A DNA stretch of 64,000 nt from Gemmatimonadaceae bacterium. Lineage in GTDB: Bacteria; Gemmatimonadota; Gemmatimonadetes; Gemmatimonadales; Gemmatimonadaceae. This document shows, one piece after another, positions 1 to 10,771 of the stretch. Both the position numbers and the translations under genes were made by a program. Location: assembly GCA_045803545.1 (NCBI GenBank), contig JBJMOW010000005.1:384001-448000 (forward strand), read 5' to 3'. The stretch's first letter is position 1, and the number at the start of each line of letters is the position of its first letter. Below the pieces are notes generated by a model, which ran no database searches, was not told the origin of the DNA, and saw only the letters and a list, made by a program, of their open reading frames with translations.

Positions 1-1520
1 ATGCCAACGCCACCGCCATGGTGGAATGAGACCCACGACGCGCCGCTGGCGACGTTGAGCATCGCGTTGAGCAGCGGCCAGTCGGCGACGGCGTCGGTGC
101 CATCGCGCATGCCTTCAGTCTCTCTGAACGGAGACGCGACGCTGCCGGTGTCGAGATGGTCGCGGCCGATCACGATCGGGGCGGAGATTTCACCCTTGGC
201 GACGAGATCGTTGATCGCGACGCCGAACTTTGCGCGGTCGGATTGACCGAGCCAGCAGATTCTCGCAGGCAGTCCCTGAAATTTTATTTTCTTTTGCGCC
301 AGCGAGATCCAGCGCTTGAGATGCTCGTCGTGCGGAAACAGCTCGAGCACCAGCGCATCGGTGCGCGCGATGTCTTTGGGATCTCCGGACAGCGCGACCC
401 ATCGAAACGGTCCCTTGCCTTCGCAGAACAGCGGGCGGATGTACTCGGGAACGAACCCCGGAATGTCGAACGCGCTCTTGAGCCCGGCGTCAAACGCGAC
501 AGTGCGGATGTTGTTTCCGTAGTCAAACGTGATTGCCCCACGCTTCTGCATCTCGAGCATCGCCGAAACGTGCCTGACCGCCGACTGAGTCGCGCGCTTC
601 ACGTACTCCTGAGGATTTGCGTTGCGCATCTCCAAAGCTTCCGGGAACGACATTCCCGACGGTACGTAACCATTCAGCATGTCGTGCGCGCTCGTCTGGT
701 CGGTCAGCACATCAGGGGTGACGCCACGCTTCACCAACTCGGGCAGGACCTCCGCCGCGTTGCCGAGCAATCCAACCGAGACAGCCTCACCGGCGGCTAC
801 CGCGGTGTGGATCATCTCCAAAGCGTGATCGAGGTGCTCCGCACTGCGATCGAGGTAACGCGTTTGAAGCCGCTTGTCGATGCGCGACTGGTCGACTTCA
901 ATCACCAGCGCTGCCGCGCCCTGCATCGTCGCTGCCAGCGGTTGCGCGCCGCCCATCCCACCGAGTCCCGCGGTGAGAACGAACCGGCCGCGAAGATCGC
1001 CGCCAAAGTGCTTGCGAGCGACGGAGCCAAGGGTTTCGTAGGTGCCCTGGACGATTCCCTGCGAGCCGATGTAGATCCACGATCCGGCGGTCATCTGACC
1101 GTACATCATCAAGCCCTTTCGCTCCAGCTCGCGAAAGTGATCCCAGGTTGCCCAGCGGCCGACGAGATTGCTGTTGGCGATTAGCACCCGTGGTGCGCTG
1201 GCATGGGTGCGAAAAACGCCGACCGGTTTGCCGCTCTGAATCAACAACGTCTCATCGGCGCCGAGGTTTCTCAGCTCGCGCACGATCGCATCGAAACAGT
1301 CCCAGTTGCGCGCCGCCTTCCCCGTTCCCCCATACACTACGAGGTCCTGGGGCCGCTCTGCGACGTCGGGATCGAGGTTGTTCATCAGCATTCGCAGTGC
1401 TGCTTCCTGCTGCCAACCTTTGCACGAGATGCTGGTTCCTCGAGGAGCGTGGATCGGACCACGCTCGCGCGCCGCCGCCTCGAAGGATTTCGGATCGTAT
1501 TGCACTCTGAGATCTGTCAT
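1..1520 (-). CDS. hutU: Urocanate hydratase, 3' end truncated by the window edge (absent from the ORF track)
   Basis: Manual translation from ATG 1520 (ATGA overlap with hutH stop): [11 protein letters not shown]...[51 protein letters not shown]; ends near [11 protein letters not shown]. Confidence 0.96.
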   Translation of the reverse strand, partial: MTDLRVQYDPKSFEAAARERGPIHAPRGTSISCKGWQQEAALRMLMNNLDPDVAERPQDLVVYGGTGKAARNWDCFDAIVRELRNLGADETLLIQSGKPVGVFRTHASAPRVLIANSNLVGRWATWDHFRELERKGLMMYGQMTAGSWIYIGSQGIVQGTYETLGSVARKHFGGDLRGRFVLTAGLGGMGGAQPLAATMQGAAALVIEVDQSRIDKRLQTRYLDRSAEHLDHALEMIHTAVAAGEAVSVGLLGNAAEVLPELVKRGVTPDVLTDQTSAHDMLNGYVPSGMSFPEALEMRNANPQEYVKRATQSAVRHVSAMLEMQKRGAITFDYGNNIRTVAFDAGLKSAFDIPGFVPEYIRPLFCEGKGPFRWVALSGDPKDIARTDALVLELFPHDEHLKRWISLAQKKIKFQGLPARICWLGQSDRAKFGVAINDLVAKGEISAPIVIGRDHLDTGSVASPFRETEGMRDGTDAVADWPLLNAMLNVASGASWVSFHHGGGVG

Positions 1521-3037
1521 GTCACAGTCCCAATGTCAGCGAACTTCTGTTCGGCCACCGCCGAACAGATTGCGGCGATGTCGGTGCTGAGCACGCGATC
1601 GCGCTCGAGACGGGGCACAATATCACGCACCCGCTCGTGCGCAGTTCTCACACCACGCCCCGGTCGCAGCGGTGCTCTGAAGTCTATACCCTGTGCGCCG
1701 CACATGAGCTCGATGGCGAGAATGTTCTCCAGATTACGTATCACCCGCCGCGCTTTCCATGCCGCACCCATCGCCATCGGCACCACATCTTCGCGATTGC
1801 CGTCGGTGGGAATCGAATCGACGCTCGCCGGATGTGACAGCACCTTGCATTCGCTCGCCAGTGCAGCTGCCGTTACCTGCGCCATCATGAAACCGGAGTT
1901 CACACCGGCGTTAGGCGTCAGAAACGGCGGCAGTCCCTGATTCAGATCCGGGTTAACCAGGCGATCGATACGACGCTCGGACATCGTCGCCAGGTGCGTC
2001 ATGATGATGGCAAGAAAATCGAGCGCCATCGCGACGGTGAGCCCATGAAAGTTGCCACCGCTCAGTGTCTCACCGTTTTCGAACACGAGGGGATTGTCCG
2101 TCGCTGCGTTGATCTCGCGCGAGACTGCTTCGTCGATCCAGTCGAGCGCGTCCAGCACGGGACCGTGCACCTGTGGCATGCAGCGTAGCGCATACGGGTC
2201 CTGAACCCGCGGATCACCATGGCGGTGCGATTCCCGAACCTCGCTGTCCGCCAGCAGATCGCGGAGCAGCGCTGCCGACCGTATCTGGCCGCGCTGTCCA
2301 CGCGCATCGTGGATCCGCTCGTCGAACGCGACGGGAGTTCCAAGCAGCGCTTCGAGCGACATCGCGCCAGCGACGTGCGCGGTTCTCCAGAGCGCGCGGG
2401 CGTGGACGAGCGCAATCAACGCAATTGCCGTGTGAGCCTGGGTGCCGTTGATCAGCGTGATGCCTTCCTTCGGCGCCAGCGTCACCGGGTTGGCGCCGAT
2501 CTCACGCAGCATCGCTGTCGCATCCGCTTCTCGATCGCCCTTGAGCAGCGTTCCCTCGCCGATCAGCGCCAGCCCCAGATGCGCGAGGGGCGCCAGATCG
2601 CCGCTGGCGCCCACGCTTCCCTGCTCCGGAATCGGCGGATACACGTCGGAGTTGAGTAAATGAAGCAGCAGATCGACGAGCTCGGGACGTGCGCCGGAGT
2701 ATCCCTTGGCGATCACGTTGGCGCGCAGCAGCATCATCGCCCGCACTTCAGCCTCAGGCAGCCGATCGCCGACGCCCGACGCATGGCTGCGCACCAAATT
2801 CACCTGCAGCTCGGCGAGCTTGTCGGGGGGAATGGCGACCTCGGACAGCTTTCCGAAACCGGTGGTAACGCCGTAGACGATCTCGTTGCGCTTGACGATG
2901 TTGTCGACGACCGCTCGCGTGCGCAGCATCCGCTCGCGCGCAGCCGGCGCCAGGCCCACGCGCACTCGCTCGACCGCGACCGCGTATGCTTCTTCGACCG
3001 AGAGTGTGTCGCCGTCGATCAGAACTTGTTCGGTCAT
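1517..3037 (-). CDS. hutH: Histidine ammonia-lyase
   Basis: [11 protein letters not shown]-forming [28 protein letters not shown]; adjacent to hutU. Confidence 0.97.
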   Translation of the reverse strand: MTEQVLIDGDTLSVEEAYAVAVERVRVGLAPAARERMLRTRAVVDNIVKRNEIVYGVTTGFGKLSEVAIPPDKLAELQVNLVRSHASGVGDRLPEAEVRAMMLLRANVIAKGYSGARPELVDLLLHLLNSDVYPPIPEQGSVGASGDLAPLAHLGLALIGEGTLLKGDREADATAMLREIGANPVTLAPKEGITLINGTQAHTAIALIALVHARALWRTAHVAGAMSLEALLGTPVAFDERIHDARGQRGQIRSAALLRDLLADSEVRESHRHGDPRVQDPYALRCMPQVHGPVLDALDWIDEAVSREINAATDNPLVFENGETLSGGNFHGLTVAMALDFLAIIMTHLATMSERRIDRLVNPDLNQGLPPFLTPNAGVNSGFMMAQVTAAALASECKVLSHPASVDSIPTDGNREDVVPMAMGAAWKARRVIRNLENILAIELMCGAQGIDFRAPLRPGRGVRTAHERVRDIVPRLERDRVLSTDIAAICSAVAEQKFADIGTVT

Positions 3038-4068
3038 GCGCGGCGAGCCGGAGGCGGGAGTGGGGACCCGGGAGGGGGGAGGCGGGAGGCGTTGCGAACA
3101 AGCCTTCGACCATCAGGATTCCAGCGCCACTCCGCCGGCGGGACAATCTCGACGCCTCCGAGCCAGCGCGATTCGGTGTTGATGCTCTGCCAATCTTTTT
3201 TGCCGGCGAGCACGTCGCGACCAAGCGAAGTGAGCGTGAGCTCTCCCTTCACGAAGTCGCGCGATTCGGCAGGTGTGGGAGCAGTCACCGGTGTCCCATC
3301 GCGCCAGGTTACGAGCGGATTGTCTCTTCCACTCAGTCGTTCGAGATAGGAGAAGAAGACGAGGTCGCCGAGGAAAATGCTTTCCTGTTTCTTCGCCACT
3401 TCCAGGAACGCCGCGACAGGAGTGTTATGTCCCTCGCTGATTGCGGTGAGAGCTTCTTGCTCGGAGCGCGAAAGTCCATTCACCGTTGACGGAAATTCCT
3501 CGAGATGTCGCATCAAAGCGCGCGAGAGATAAGGCAATGCCGACGTAGGTTCCTGCAGTAGTCGTTCGATGCGCGTCGGATCGGTCGAGCCAAAATCGCT
3601 CCACGCGCGCTTGGCGAGTGCGAGCTGTTCGGAAGTGACGGCCGGCCGCGCTTCATCGAGCTGCCGCAGCTCCTCCGCTGTCAGCGGTGGAATGTAGCCA
3701 TCGACGACGATGAGTGAGAGTCGCTTCGACCCCGCTGTCCCGGTACTGAAAAAGTCGAGCAGCTGGATCAGCTGCAGCTGATCGTAGAGGTCGTCCTCGA
3801 ACCAGAGAACCACTTCCTCGAAATAATCGAGGTGCTGGATCATCCGATCGCGCTCGACGAAATCGCCGCTGACGTGTGAGAACTCGGCCCAATTGTTACC
3901 GGCGATGAAGCGCGCCCGCTGCTTGCTCAGCTCCTCGAGCGGAAGCGACGAGTCGACCGGACCTTCGTGCAGCACATCCCGCCACGCAATGATCTTCCCC
4001 TCTATGCCAGCGTCGCTGAGGCTGCCGGCGGCAGAATCGCCGTTGGTGATGTTGAGCCGACGAGTCAA
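3034..4068 (-). CDS. DUF1835-like protein
   Basis: LNITNGDSAAG...WRDVLHEGPV...VVLWFEDDLYDQLQL and C-terminal RWLGGV pattern; TTG start. Confidence 0.75.
   Translation of the reverse strand: MTRRLNITNGDSAAGSLSDAGIEGKIIAWRDVLHEGPVDSSLPLEELSKQRARFIAGNNWAEFSHVSGDFVERDRMIQHLDYFEEVVLWFEDDLYDQLQLIQLLDFFSTGTAGSKRLSLIVVDGYIPPLTAEELRQLDEARPAVTSEQLALAKRAWSDFGSTDPTRIERLLQEPTSALPYLSRALMRHLEEFPSTVNGLSRSEQEALTAISEGHNTPVAAFLEVAKKQESIFLGDLVFFSYLERLSGRDNPLVTWRDGTPVTAPTPAESRDFVKGELTLTSLGRDVLAGKKDWQSINTESRWLGGVEIVPPAEWRWNPDGRRLVRNASRLPPPGSPLPPPARRA
3050..3091. repeat. Six degenerate 7-bp tandem units (GGAGGCG-like) in the 3' end of the DUF1835 gene
   Basis: ggaggcg ggagtgg ggacccg ggagggg ggaggcg ggaggcg; encodes RLPPPGSPLPPP. 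Confidence 0.8.
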
Positions 4069-4071
4069 ACG

Positions 4072-7000
4072 TCAGGGAGTCAGCGGACGGTAAGTGGCTC
4101 GGTCATAGTTGAATTTTAGATCGGGCTCCGCATTGAGGGCAATGAAGAAATTGAACGCGAAGTTCCCGTTCGGCGCCTGGGTAAATCCGAAGATCGCGCG
4201 CCAGTCGTGCAGTTGGCGCTGCAGGGTGACGGTGTGAGCGCCGAATTTCTTGGACTCAAAGTCGTAGTTGGTGCCCCAGGTGCCGGCCCAGTTCTGTGTC
4301 AGGTGGAAATTGAAAGACGAGTTGATGTTCTGGGTTGTCGGTGTCCGCACGAACGGCGCACCTCCCAGGCTGGTCCCCTGGCTGGCGGTGGCATTCTGTG
4401 CCTGCGTCAGGGCCTGCTGCAGACACTGGGTGTAAACGATCGGATTCGCCTGCACCGGTGCACACTGCGCCTCGAAAGAGTTTTGATCGATGATGACGCC
4501 GTTCCCGGTGGGGGGACGCTGCCTATTGAAGTTGTAGTTGAGGCTCAAGCTCCAACCCCGGTCGGCAGGAAGCGAGAACTGCTGTTGGCGCGACGTGATA
4601 CCCGCTATCGGTGTGCTCGCGACCCGGTTGGCAAGCGCGTCCTGGCCGGTTACTTCGGTCGTCTCGATACCCGGATGCGTCGGCGGGACCGCGCGGCCAA
4701 AGAGTCGGGTTATAACGCCGAAGATTCCTGACTGCGCGTTGAGCGATAACGACGAGCTGATGCCGGTCAGATACGGCTTGAAGCGCGCGGTATCGCTGAG
4801 AACTTCGCCCTGGTACAGCGACCAGTGCACGTTCCCCGTAAAACCGGGGAGCAGCTCGGACGTCAGGTTGGTATTGAAGTCCGACGTGCTGAATCCAGAA
4901 CGATGTGTCTTGCGCGCGCGCTCGAAATCGTAGGCCACCGAAGAGAAATCCATCGATAATACTTTGATCTTCTTGGGCTCCGCGACGCTGCTGGTGTCGT
5001 CGCTTCTCACTTTCGCCTCGAGCACGTGAGAGAGACCGAGAGTGATCTTGTTCTCTGCCAGCGACCCGAGAAACTCCTGACGACTGCGATTTGTGGCCTG
5101 CAGGAATTCGTCGCTCAAATGGGCGGTGGGCGAATACGTGTACTGGATCACCGGCGTGATTGAATGCCTGAAGCGACTCACCGGGCCGAAGCCCGGGAAA
5201 AGCGCAAACAGCGTCGGAGAGGCGCTGAGGTTGAAGCTCGGTCGCTTCGACTGATGAACGAACTGTCCATTGCTGAACAGCGATCTCACCCAGAAGCCGT
5301 GACTGCCGTCGACGTTGCTGAATCCAATCGAAGGATTGAGGTTGAGCGATCCGTGAAGCAGCCCGGGCAGCCCGAAAGAGGTCTGCCAATCGACGTTGGT
5401 GTCGAAGGATTTCGCGAACACCCTGCTGGTGCGGATCGAAGAGTCGGCCGGATTGCGGATGACCCACGTTTGCGGCGTGTTCACTTCATTGTCCGTCATC
5501 GAAAAGCTGTTCTGCCAGTTGAACCCGCCGATTCGAATCGGAGTCGAGAAACTCGAGCTGGTGTGTCTCTCGTCGTGTCTGTTCGCGACGGAATCCTGCA
5601 CGCCCCGTGAATTCAGGAAGTACCGATAAGGGAACTCGCTTCCCTGATCCATGTTGAGCGATTGGTTGGTGACGAAACTGAAATTCGGGGTCCAGTCCAG
5701 CCAGCTTGCCAGCGCAATCACCGGCGAGGAGATGCTCAGTTTCGGAAACTCGCGGTCGACTTCTTTCCGGCCGGAGTGCTGCGAATTGCTGAAGCCAAGT
5801 CCGAGGGCTGCGGGTCCGATCTTTGTGTCATAGCTGGCTGTCGAGCGGATCGTGGCCAGCACCTGCGCCACATTGAATGTGGTCTGTCGCTGCAGCGCGG
5901 TGTTGGTCTCGTAATTGATGTCCGCGTGCAGATGGGTGTCCTGCGACAAATCCTGGTTATGATACCAGCTCACGGCAGTGTTCGACGAGCCATCGCGCTG
6001 CGCATGGTAATACGCTCCGATGCGACCACTCATGAACCGGTCGAGCCAACGGTACTGCAGCTCGCCATTGTAGCGCATATAGCCCGGATCGCCTTGGGAC
6101 GGGCGACTTCCACTGCGCCAGTCGAGCGCGACCTGTGCATCCATATAGTCGCTGATCGCGAAGTAGTAGCCGAGGTTATCGATGTGCCGCCGGTACGTCG
6201 GGCTGTTGCGGAATATTTCACTCAGTCCGAAACGCGGCGCGAGCACCCCACTACGTCGTCCGGATCGCAGATCCTGGAAGATGAACGGCAGCCACATGAC
6301 GGGAACGTCGCCGATATAGAGCACTGCCGGACGCGCGACCATAATGTTCTTGGAAACCATCTTGATCTCGTTGGCGCGGAAGTGATAATCGGGGATCGAG
6401 TCGTCGCAGCTGGTAATCGTCCCGTTGCGAACGTAGAAGGCCGTCTCTTTCCCGCGCGACGTGTCGCTCACAAAAGCAGCCGTGCGACCGTTCACGAACC
6501 AGTTCTCTCCGGTCTGGGCGATCTGGGTCTGGATGTTGGTGACAACGCCGCGGTGCAGCTCGACGTTGTACGCCATCTCACCCCTCGCGATGACGTCCGC
6601 CGCCTGCTGCTGTGGATCGCGCAGGATCACGGTGTCACCACGCGCGACGATGATCTTGGTCGAGTCGCTGTAGATGATGCTGTCGCCGACGAGGATCGTC
6701 TGCTCGCGATTGACGCCTGCCGGCTTGCCTTTCAGCGTAAGCGTCTTCGTCTGCACGTTGAACACCGCCTGCGCACCCTGATATCGCGTCGGGGTGTAGC
6801 CTTCCCGGTGCAGCAATGCCTGCATCACCGAGTCGGTATCAGTCCACTTGATCAGATCGCGCTGAGTCGAATCACGCCTGGTCGTGTCGCGCCGGGTGGT
6901 ATCAGGCCGAACTGTCTGCCCGGGTCGCGCACCGCCGACTTGCGCCGAGCTGACATGCGGCGCGAGGGCCAGACCCGAAGCGAGGAGCAACATCATCAGC

Positions 7001-7845
7001 CGCCGCAGGCCAGGTGCTGGAACGGGTTCCGCTGCGCCAAGCTCGGCGGCCCGCGCTTCCGCCTGCTCGCGCAGATCCGCTTCCTCACGCCTGCGTTCGC
7101 GCTTCTCACGCTGCCGAACGACAAAGAACGCGACCGCAACGCTCAGCTCGTACAGGAAATACAGCGGAACCGCTAGTGCGAACAACGAATACGGGTCCGC
7201 GCCCGGCGTGATGAACGCAGCCGCCGTCAGACAAATGACGATGGCGTGCCTTCTGTATTTCGAAAGGAACTTCGGGCTTACTAACCCGAGCGCAGTCAGC
7301 GCCAGAATCGCGATCGGCACTTCGAACACCGCACCGAAGGCGAGGCACATGCTGATTGCAAAGTCGAAATAGTCGGTCGCCGAGATCATCGGAGTCAAAG
7401 CAGTTGACTCGATGCCCATCAGGAACTTCAGCGTCAGCGGCAGCACCACGAAGTAGCTGAGCGCGATCCCGAGCAGGAACAGCACGACGATCGAGACCAG
7501 CACCGGCACGATGACTTTCTTTTCGTGCGCGTAGAGCGCGGGTGCCAGGAATCCCCAGAACTGACCGGCGACAACTGGTGATGCCAGAATGATCCCCAGC
7601 ACCAGCGATGCATTCAACAAAATGTGGAATGAGGTGCCGGGGTGCGTGTAAATCAGCTTTTGCCCGTGCAGCAACGGCAGAATCGGACGCTCGAGCACAC
7701 GGATGATGTCGAGCTTCGATAGTAGAATGAACGCGACGACTACGCCGAGGACAACGGCGGCCGCAATCCAGAATAGGCGGTGGCGCAGCTCCTCGAGATG
7801 GTCGAGGAACGGCATCTCATGGCTTGGAGCTTCACTCATCGCCAC
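4072..7845 (-). CDS. tatC: TatC fused in frame to a putative LPS-assembly protein LptD (start may be ATG 7839)
   Basis: N-terminal EMPFLDHLEELR, multiple hydrophobic spans, FITPGADPYS and LYELS give a full TatC; then a signal-like LRRLMMLLLASGLALAPHVSSA|Q; then LptD-like ITSCD..PDYHFRANEIK...PAVLYIGDVPVMWLPF...RRSGVLAPRFG and beta-strand-rich C-terminus with LQRQLHDW. Confidence 0.88.
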   Translation of the reverse strand: MAMSEAPSHEMPFLDHLEELRHRLFWIAAAVVLGVVVAFILLSKLDIIRVLERPILPLLHGQKLIYTHPGTSFHILLNASLVLGIILASPVVAGQFWGFLAPALYAHEKKVIVPVLVSIVVLFLLGIALSYFVVLPLTLKFLMGIESTALTPMISATDYFDFAISMCLAFGAVFEVPIAILALTALGLVSPKFLSKYRRHAIVICLTAAAFITPGADPYSLFALAVPLYFLYELSVAVAFFVVRQREKRERRREEADLREQAEARAAELGAAEPVPAPGLRRLMMLLLASGLALAPHVSSAQVGGARPGQTVRPDTTRRDTTRRDSTQRDLIKWTDTDSVMQALLHREGYTPTRYQGAQAVFNVQTKTLTLKGKPAGVNREQTILVGDSIIYSDSTKIIVARGDTVILRDPQQQAADVIARGEMAYNVELHRGVVTNIQTQIAQTGENWFVNGRTAAFVSDTSRGKETAFYVRNGTITSCDDSIPDYHFRANEIKMVSKNIMVARPAVLYIGDVPVMWLPFIFQDLRSGRRSGVLAPRFGLSEIFRNSPTYRRHIDNLGYYFAISDYMDAQVALDWRSGSRPSQGDPGYMRYNGELQYRWLDRFMSGRIGAYYHAQRDGSSNTAVSWYHNQDLSQDTHLHADINYETNTALQRQTTFNVAQVLATIRSTASYDTKIGPAALGLGFSNSQHSGRKEVDREFPKLSISSPVIALASWLDWTPNFSFVTNQSLNMDQGSEFPYRYFLNSRGVQDSVANRHDERHTSSSFSTPIRIGGFNWQNSFSMTDNEVNTPQTWVIRNPADSSIRTSRVFAKSFDTNVDWQTSFGLPGLLHGSLNLNPSIGFSNVDGSHGFWVRSLFSNGQFVHQSKRPSFNLSASPTLFALFPGFGPVSRFRHSITPVIQYTYSPTAHLSDEFLQATNRSRQEFLGSLAENKITLGLSHVLEAKVRSDDTSSVAEPKKIKVLSMDFSSVAYDFERARKTHRSGFSTSDFNTNLTSELLPGFTGNVHWSLYQGEVLSDTARFKPYLTGISSSLSLNAQSGIFGVITRLFGRAVPPTHPGIETTEVTGQDALANRVASTPIAGITSRQQQFSLPADRGWSLSLNYNFNRQRPPTGNGVIIDQNSFEAQCAPVQANPIVYTQCLQQALTQAQNATASQGTSLGGAPFVRTPTTQNINSSFNFHLTQNWAGTWGTNYDFESKKFGAHTVTLQRQLHDWRAIFGFTQAPNGNFAFNFFIALNAEPDLKFNYDRATYRPLTP

Positions 7846-7877
7846 CGCCTCCCGCCTCCCACTTCCCGCTTCCCGCT
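7846..7877. repeat. 7-bp tandem repeat (about 4.5 units) between the cpoB stop and the tatC start
   Basis: cgcctcc cgcctcc cacttcc cgcttcc cgct; supplies a GGAGG upstream of tatC. Confidence 0.85.
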
Positions 7878-8709
7878 ATTTAATCGACTGTAAACGCTCA
7901 TCGGCGAGGGCTGCCTCGTCGGAGCGTGGATAACGCTTGATGATGTCCTGGAATATCCGCTTCGCTTCAGCGGTTTTCTTTTGCGCCTGCAGAGACAGCG
8001 CGCGTTTGTACATCGCGGTCGGCACGCGCGGTGAGTTGGGATACTTCTGGATCAACGATGCGTATTCCGCGTCGGCTGCATCGCTGTTTCGCTCAGCTGC
8101 ATACGCCTGCGCCGTATAAAACATCGCGTCGGGCACCAAGTCGGACCTGGGGTATTTCTGAATCAGCTCGGCGAACGCTGCGCGCGCGGACGTGTTGCCA
8201 CCCTTGAGCAGCTGATCGCGGCCCGCCTGTAAGAGTTGCGCGGGACCCGGTCCCCCGGCAGTCGGCTCCGCGGCACTGACTGGAGAAGTGTCTGCGCTCG
8301 TTGGCGCCGGCTGCGTGGTTTTATCCTCGATCTGAGCGCGCATGTCGCGAAGGCGCTGCTCGCTCTGACCACTGAGATCCTGCAGCTGCTGGATGTCTTC
8401 CTTCATTGCGGCCAGGTCAGACTCGCTCGCCGTCTTCATGGCATTGACGCGCCTGCTCAGCGCATTGACCGAATCGGTCAGTGTACGCATGCTGCGCGTA
8501 ACTTCGATCAGATACGCGCGCTGCACGGAATCGGCGGCGGTGGTGCTGGCGCGGGTGCCAACGAGGTCCTGCTGTAACTGGCTGACGTCGGACTTCGTGG
8601 CAAAAAAGCACGCAGCGTTCAGGAGAGGAACACCGAGAACGACCACCCTGCATTTGAAAACCTTCGTCGGGTGGGAAAAGATCCCACTGCGCAAGAATTG
8701 TCTGGTCAT
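7876..8709 (-). CDS. cpoB: Tol-Pal-associated TPR protein CpoB/YbgF, probable lipoprotein
   Basis: Coiled-coil N-half, TPR C-half (KYPRSDLVPDAMFY, KYPNSPRVPTAMYK, RYPRSDEA), directly after tolB; exact start uncertain. Confidence 0.85.
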   Translation of the reverse strand: MTRQFLRSGIFSHPTKVFKCRVVVLGVPLLNAACFFATKSDVSQLQQDLVGTRASTTAADSVQRAYLIEVTRSMRTLTDSVNALSRRVNAMKTASESDLAAMKEDIQQLQDLSGQSEQRLRDMRAQIEDKTTQPAPTSADTSPVSAAEPTAGGPGPAQLLQAGRDQLLKGGNTSARAAFAELIQKYPRSDLVPDAMFYTAQAYAAERNSDAADAEYASLIQKYPNSPRVPTAMYKRALSLQAQKKTAEAKRIFQDIIKRYPRSDEAALADERLQSIK

Positions 8710-10019
8710 TGGGAGTACGAGCCCACTTCAGGGTTTGCGAGAATAGGCGACCACGCTGCCAGCCTCGCTCCCTTGCTGTGAGTGAGCTGCCGAGCGCGAC
8801 CGGATTCCGTATCCACGATCCACAACTGCTTGTCGCCACCACGCGACGACGTGAAAACAAGATGGCGTCCATCAGGCGCCCACGACGGATCTTCGTTCTC
8901 TCCCTCACTGGTCAGCTGCTTTGGTACCCGATCGCGCAGGTCGATCATCCAGACCTGGAAATTCCCGTTCTGCTGCTCGTACGCGATCGCGCGACCATCC
9001 GGCGACCAATCCGGACTCGCACGGTAGCTGCGCACACCAGGCTTGTACGGCGTGAGCAGCTGAACATTGGACCCGTCCGCATCCATAATATAAACCTGAG
9101 GCGACCCGGATCTTCCCGAAATAAACGCGACCTGAGTACCATCGGGACTGTATGATGGCGAAGTGTTGTCGGTGCCTCTGCCGATGGTGATTCTCTTCGG
9201 CTCTGTCGAATCCATCGACGCGAAAACCAGGTCTGTCCCGTTGCCGGTTCCGCGCGCGTAAAGAATCCCGTTTCCGTTCGGTTGATAGACCGGCGTGATG
9301 TTGAGACCGGCGCGAATCTGACTGACGCGACGCGTCTTGCCCGTCTTCACGTCGAGCTCCTGCACCTGAGTACCAGTATTGCCGAGTACGGTGAAGACTA
9401 CTGCTTCGCCCGACGGCGACCATGCTGGCGACAGAGCACCGCGTCCCGTCGTGATTGCGCGCGTCTCGGCGCCATCGCTATCGACGATTTTCAGCTCGCC
9501 GTTTATCACGTACGCGATACGGGTCTGGGCGATGCCGCGCTTTCCAAAAGTCCACGCTTCGATCTGATCGGAGACACCGTGTAAAGCAAATCGCCAATCG
9601 CGATCGCGACGATCGAAAAGAAAATGCTCGGACTGCAACAGCTGTCCCCGAGCCACGTCGTATGCGGCGACGTGGAGTCCCTGTGAAGTCGGCGTCATTC
9701 TCACCAGCAGCGCCGCTCCGAATTTCGCGAACAGTGGAAAATTGATTTTCTGGCCTGCCGACGGTGTCATCCCGCGCAACGTCTCGGCGTCGAGGTCGAC
9801 CACGGTGAACCGGTCGCTGTAATCGAGATCGCGTTGCACGATCGTGCGCAAAGAATCCCTGTCATCGTCCTGAACTGGCAGCACGATTACACCTGGCTTG
9901 GTACCGCTCTCGTAACTGAGCCCGAGGCGGACGCCAGGTGTCGTTGTCGTATCCTGGGCGCGCAAACCCATTGGAGCGACGAGAAGAGCAGCAAGTGCGA
10001 TTAAGACGCGACGATTCAT
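8706..10019 (-). CDS. tolB: TolB
   Basis: Signal peptide, RDLDYSDRF, GIAQTRIAYV, PD40 repeats (SPAWSPSG, SPSYSPDG, SPDWSPDG, PSWAPDG). Confidence 0.92.
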   Translation of the reverse strand: MNRRVLIALAALLVAPMGLRAQDTTTTPGVRLGLSYESGTKPGVIVLPVQDDDRDSLRTIVQRDLDYSDRFTVVDLDAETLRGMTPSAGQKINFPLFAKFGAALLVRMTPTSQGLHVAAYDVARGQLLQSEHFLFDRRDRDWRFALHGVSDQIEAWTFGKRGIAQTRIAYVINGELKIVDSDGAETRAITTGRGALSPAWSPSGEAVVFTVLGNTGTQVQELDVKTGKTRRVSQIRAGLNITPVYQPNGNGILYARGTGNGTDLVFASMDSTEPKRITIGRGTDNTSPSYSPDGTQVAFISGRSGSPQVYIMDADGSNVQLLTPYKPGVRSYRASPDWSPDGRAIAYEQQNGNFQVWMIDLRDRVPKQLTSEGENEDPSWAPDGRHLVFTSSRGGDKQLWIVDTESGRARQLTHSKGARLAAWSPILANPEVGSYSQ

Positions 10020-10771
10020 TACTTCAGGAATTCCGGATCGAAGCTGAAGACGACAGGAAGCGCGTCGTCGGGAAAGCCGGCCGGCAACGGTCCGAATGCG
10101 CGCGTGCTCGAAGCGGCTTCGACCGCTCCCTGCGCTTCGAGATCGAACGAGAAATTGCCGGACTTTCTGATGAATGTGAGATCGGACACGGAGCCATCAC
10201 GATGGATTAAAAACCTTACTTCCGCTCTCAAACGAGCAGCGGGATTTCTTGGTTTGAAGTTCAGCGCAATCTGTCGAACGATGTTGTTGAGATACCCTGG
10301 AAACGGGAACTCGATCCCCTCAGCGCGCACCGTCGCAACGTCGGTTCCCTTCCCGCCAATCGGGCCTCCGCCCGCCTTCGGCGCGTCCGTCTTGGTCTGA
10401 GTGGTTGGCTTGGCTTCGGTCGGTGTTGTCGCTTTCGGTTTTGCCGCAGGAGCCGCTTTTGTCTGCGTCGGCGCCGGCCGTGCTTTCGCCGGCGCGGTCT
10501 TCGCCTTCGGGACAGGCGGTTCCTTGATCGTTGACGGAGCAGGTGTTGGCGGGGTAACAGGTGTTCTCGCCGCCTCTGCGGGCTTCACCTCACCGATCGC
10601 CCGCTCGCCAGGAGGCGCGGCGACGATATTGACCCGGTACATCGGTGGGAGGGCAACGGGCTTTCGCTCTTTAAGGCTGTTGAAGAGCAGCGTCGCGATC
10701 GCGACATGCAGCAGCGCCGAGAAGGTGAACGGAGCGGCGAGTCCCGAATTCTGCCGCGCTCCGTTGCGCAT
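10019..10771 (-). CDS. tolA: TolA/TonB-family energy transducer
   Basis: N-terminal TM with SALLH motif, Pro/Lys/Thr-rich linker, C-terminal SGNFSFD...AV...FGPLP; between tolR and tolB. Confidence 0.8.
   Translation of the reverse strand: MRNGARQNSGLAAPFTFSALLHVAIATLLFNSLKERKPVALPPMYRVNIVAAPPGERAIGEVKPAEAARTPVTPPTPAPSTIKEPPVPKAKTAPAKARPAPTQTKAAPAAKPKATTPTEAKPTTQTKTDAPKAGGGPIGGKGTDVATVRAEGIEFPFPGYLNNIVRQIALNFKPRNPAARLRAEVRFLIHRDGSVSDLTFIRKSGNFSFDLEAQGAVEAASSTRAFGPLPAGFPDDALPVVFSFDPEFLK

Noticed and set aside
156..1184. 342-aa plus-strand ORF and other long plus-strand ORFs (e.g. 5662-7176, 26102-27463, 29547-30758, 50811-52142, 55659-57239)
   Set aside because: Antisense shadows of well-supported minus-strand genes; expected in high-GC DNA and without recognisable motifs.
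6855..6910. DTTRRDTTRRDST repeat at the LptD N-terminus
   Set aside because: Protein-level low-complexity tail; similar QDTT/PDTT stretches occur in other exported proteins here (TolB, LysM).
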